Source of the DNA: Balanoglossus misakiensis
Lineage: Eukaryota; Animalia; Hemichordata
Reading direction: 5' to 3'
Assembly: GCA_040954595.2 (NCBI GenBank)
Contig: CM082578.2
Coordinates: 17,677,912 to 17,741,911, forward strand
Length of the DNA stretch: 64,000 bases
Below, piece after piece: positions 61,247 to 64,000 of the stretch. Position 1 is the first letter of the stretch. Each line of letters starts with the position of its first letter. Under the pieces are notes generated by a model, which saw only the letters and a list, made by a program, of their open reading frames with translations, did no database searches and was not told the DNA's origin. A program made the position numbers and the translations under genes.

Positions 61247-63908
61247 TCATTGGTGGTTGAATGGAGTCAATCCTACTTCAAGCTCCCTCTGCTTCATTAT
61301 CAAACCCTGAAAAAAATTACAAAGAACATCAAAATTTTAGTCTATTGAGGCTGAAGTGTGCATTCAAGTCGACTATTAAAGTCACCTTTTTTCTGTTTTT
61401 ATTTCAGGTTTGGGTTAAGTGGTATTAGCAGCATTACCCCTCGGACATGTGCTATCCAGATACCCCCCCCCCCCCTATCAAATGGGGTCAGGGGTCAGTG
61501 CAGATGTCTAGAGGGTGAATGCTCTATAACTGGTGAATGAATGCTTCAGAATACACATCAGTCATCTGGACCAAAAATTAAGTGATGGTCAAATACATGA
61601 GGTGAGTTGAACTGTGACAACCTGTGTTTCAGTAATATCAACAGAGGGTGCCTTTGCCCTTTTCATCATCAACACCATTCATTCAGGAATGATGACCCAT
61701 GATGTAAAAGCACATACCTGTCTGAGATGAGACAGTTGTTTCAGGATCATTTCTTGCCTGTGTTCTTTGTCCTTCAATCTGTCTGGATTCAGGAGTGGAT
61801 CCTATTAAAGACAAGATAAACAATGCCATTGTATCAACAAGATAGAAAACATATTTCAGATGTAAACATCAATGACTTGAAAAGACTTTTGAAATTACCA
61901 TTTCATGATCAGGCTTCTTTTCCTTTCTCACTGGTCTGTCTTCGTTGCTTTCAATGGAGCGTCTTCTCTGCCTGTGTCTTTTCTGTTTCTTGTATTGCTC
62001 TGGTGTCTGTGGAACACTGTCTGGGTTCAGCTCCAGGGCCTCAGATCTCAGGAATGGTGCAAACTCTCCCGTTTTCAGAGGTGGTGATTCCGGGGGTTGC
62101 AGTGGTGGGGAATCGACCGCCGCCCGCGAGTATTGTTTTGTTCGTCGCCCCTCCGGTGAGTGGGAGCGGTGTCTTGTGGTGCGTCCCCCGACGGACGAGT
62201 TGTAGCCCTGTCTCCGCGACAGTTGACCGTCTGGCGACATTGTTCGAATTCGACTCCTGATGGCGGGCACGGGCGGCGATGCTGACCTCTCCCTAGCGAC
62301 CAGCCTCTCTGGGGCATTCAGCTCCTGCAGCAACAAGAGCTCCTGCTGTCGTTTGCGCAGACGTTCCTCTTTCTTGGCTCGATCCAACGTCAAGTCTTTC
62401 TCGGATGCCTTCTTCACTTTCTTGCGGTTGACACTCGGTTTTCCCCACTGCGGTCGCTCGGACAACTTCTTGTACCGCTGTTTTGTCTTCTCTGCTTCGG
62501 GCGACGGCGACCTCGTCACTTTTCTGGACTTCACTTCTTTCACGCGACCCCGTCCTCTCTCCGTGTTGTCACTTCTGTCAGCTTTATTTTGAGGTTTGCC
62601 CACCGGTTTGAACTTGAACTCCACACCTGCACTGTCTTCTCTAGCAATTCTTTCCAGATTTGGTGGTAGACCGTTCTGATTGGAATACTGAAATTCTACA
62701 GAAAAAACACACACAAAATCACTTTAATTTTACATCAAAATGTATCAATGTGATTTCAGCTACATTTCACTGAGCTCTAGGAATGTTCATTTATACCACA
62801 GCTCCACTCTGATCTTATGTGTGACCTTTACAAACAATTGTCGTTCAAAGCAGTACAAGTAGGGCATGTGAGGAGATTTGTTGACTGACCGCATCACGAC
62901 ACATCACCATATCACATCACACCAACCCTTCAACACACTTCACCAAACGATAACAGTCTCTGTGCCCCCCCCCCCCTTCATTTAATTCCACACTATCCAC
63001 CCTATGACACACTCTCTGACCTGTTTGAATCGCTTCATCCTTGACTGGTGACAATGGCTCCTCAGTCCTGTGTATTGAACGGAAATCTTCTCCCTGACCT
63101 TGATGACTCAGAATTGAAGGGTCAACCACGCCCGATCTGGGTGAAAATTGCTCTGCAGGGAACACCATTCCTCTTGGAGTTACATCAGGCGAGTGGTGGA
63201 CTGCCAGAAGAAAATAGAGTTCCAACGTCAAATTATAACATTCATAAAAACTAGATAACTAACTAGATTTTCACATATGAAAATACCGCCAAGAACTCGG
63301 TCTCTTTAATATCTGGTTTTGATAATTTTACCAGCACATGGATGTCTGGATTCATTTCAAACTCACCATCCCAACTTTTCTTTAAATGCCGCACATCATG
63401 TCCACCATCAATCAAATGTTGCATTCTTCGTGCGTGTTTCTCTTGAGCTGCTTGTTCTTGGGCAAGTTGCATACTCATCATTAGCGCTCGTGTTTTCCGA
63501 TCTACTTCCTCCTGTTCAAATATAAACAGATACACATCACATGCAATTGTTCAATAAATTGTATTGCTATTCATAAAGTACACAAGATTTCTGATCTAAT
63601 AGTTCATCTTTTGCAGCCTGGTGACTTGTGATGTCATTCAGAAGACAGGTTCATTCTGTGGGGCTTAGTTGGAACAGAAATCCATTCTTGCTGTGAGTCA
63701 ACAAAGGGACTCTCACTGAAACCTTCCCAAAGTTTAAGAACTATACCTCTTTTTGCCTCTGTTTCTGTTGGTCTTGATTGAACTTTGATTGCAGTTCAGC
63801 TCTTTCTAACGCCAGTCTTCTCTCTTCTACCATTTCTTCTCTCCTCATTTTTTCCTCTTCTTCTCTTTTCTTCTTCAACTTCTCCTCCACCTGTGCCTTG
63901 ATTGCCAT
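61247..63908 (-). CDS. CCDC66: CCDC66-like coiled-coil centrosome/cilia protein, 3' exons only (gene continues beyond the window)
   Basis: Phase-consistent exons 63908-63747, 63511-63367, 63200-63021, 62695-61899, 61801-61718, 61306-61247. AIKAQVEEKLKKKREEEE...RLALERAELQ, MQLAQEQA...GHDVRHL and C-terminal DPLLNP...RQEMILKQLSHLRQGLIMKQRELE match recalled CCDC66. Confidence 0.85.
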
Positions 63909-64000
63909 CTGTTGAAAGTGAAAGTGAAAGCTACCTGCTAAAAGTCTCTATGTCAACAAACTGATTTTCTGACACTGGTTTTGAGACAGAGTTGTCAAGT

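Noticed and set aside
905-61475. Numerous poly-C/poly-G runs (e.g. 961, 2107, 10011, 20863, 54784, 56345, 58279)
   Set aside because: Scattered homopolymers with no consistent spacing or context, and lengths prone to sequencing error. G4 potential cannot be supported further.
1-64000. CRISPR arrays, rRNA, tRNA, operons or prokaryotic defence systems
   Set aside because: Spliceosomal gene structure throughout; no repeat-spacer arrays or structural RNA signatures were recognised.

Overview
AT-rich, intron-containing animal genomic DNA, probably an invertebrate deuterostome (tentative). It is not prokaryotic, so most short ORFs in the supplied track are noise or single exons. Five spliced genes were reconstructed by hand from GT/GC-AG boundaries and reading phase. 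(1) A NET1/ARHGEF3-type DH-PH RhoGEF (+, 1403-21745) with a probable internal alternative first exon. (2) An ASB13-like ankyrin/SOCS-box gene (-, 25498-28104). (3) Head-to-head with it, a very large TASOR/TASOR2-family (HUSH scaffold) gene (+, 28332-49388) with pseudo-PARP and SPOC domains, a dual-frame exon, a 7.45-kb exon and a C-terminus that appears to stop before the PIN domain. (4) A secreted properdin-like protein with a TB-like domain, six TSP1 repeats and an acidic Ser-Gly tail (-, 51697-58502). (5) The 3' part of a CCDC66-like gene (-, 61247 to beyond the window end). The gene order combines the human NET1-ASB13-TASOR2 and ARHGEF3-TASOR-CCDC66 neighbourhoods. Introns and UTRs contain several small non-autonomous DNA-transposon-like elements. 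Homology calls rest on recalled protein sequences, not database searches.
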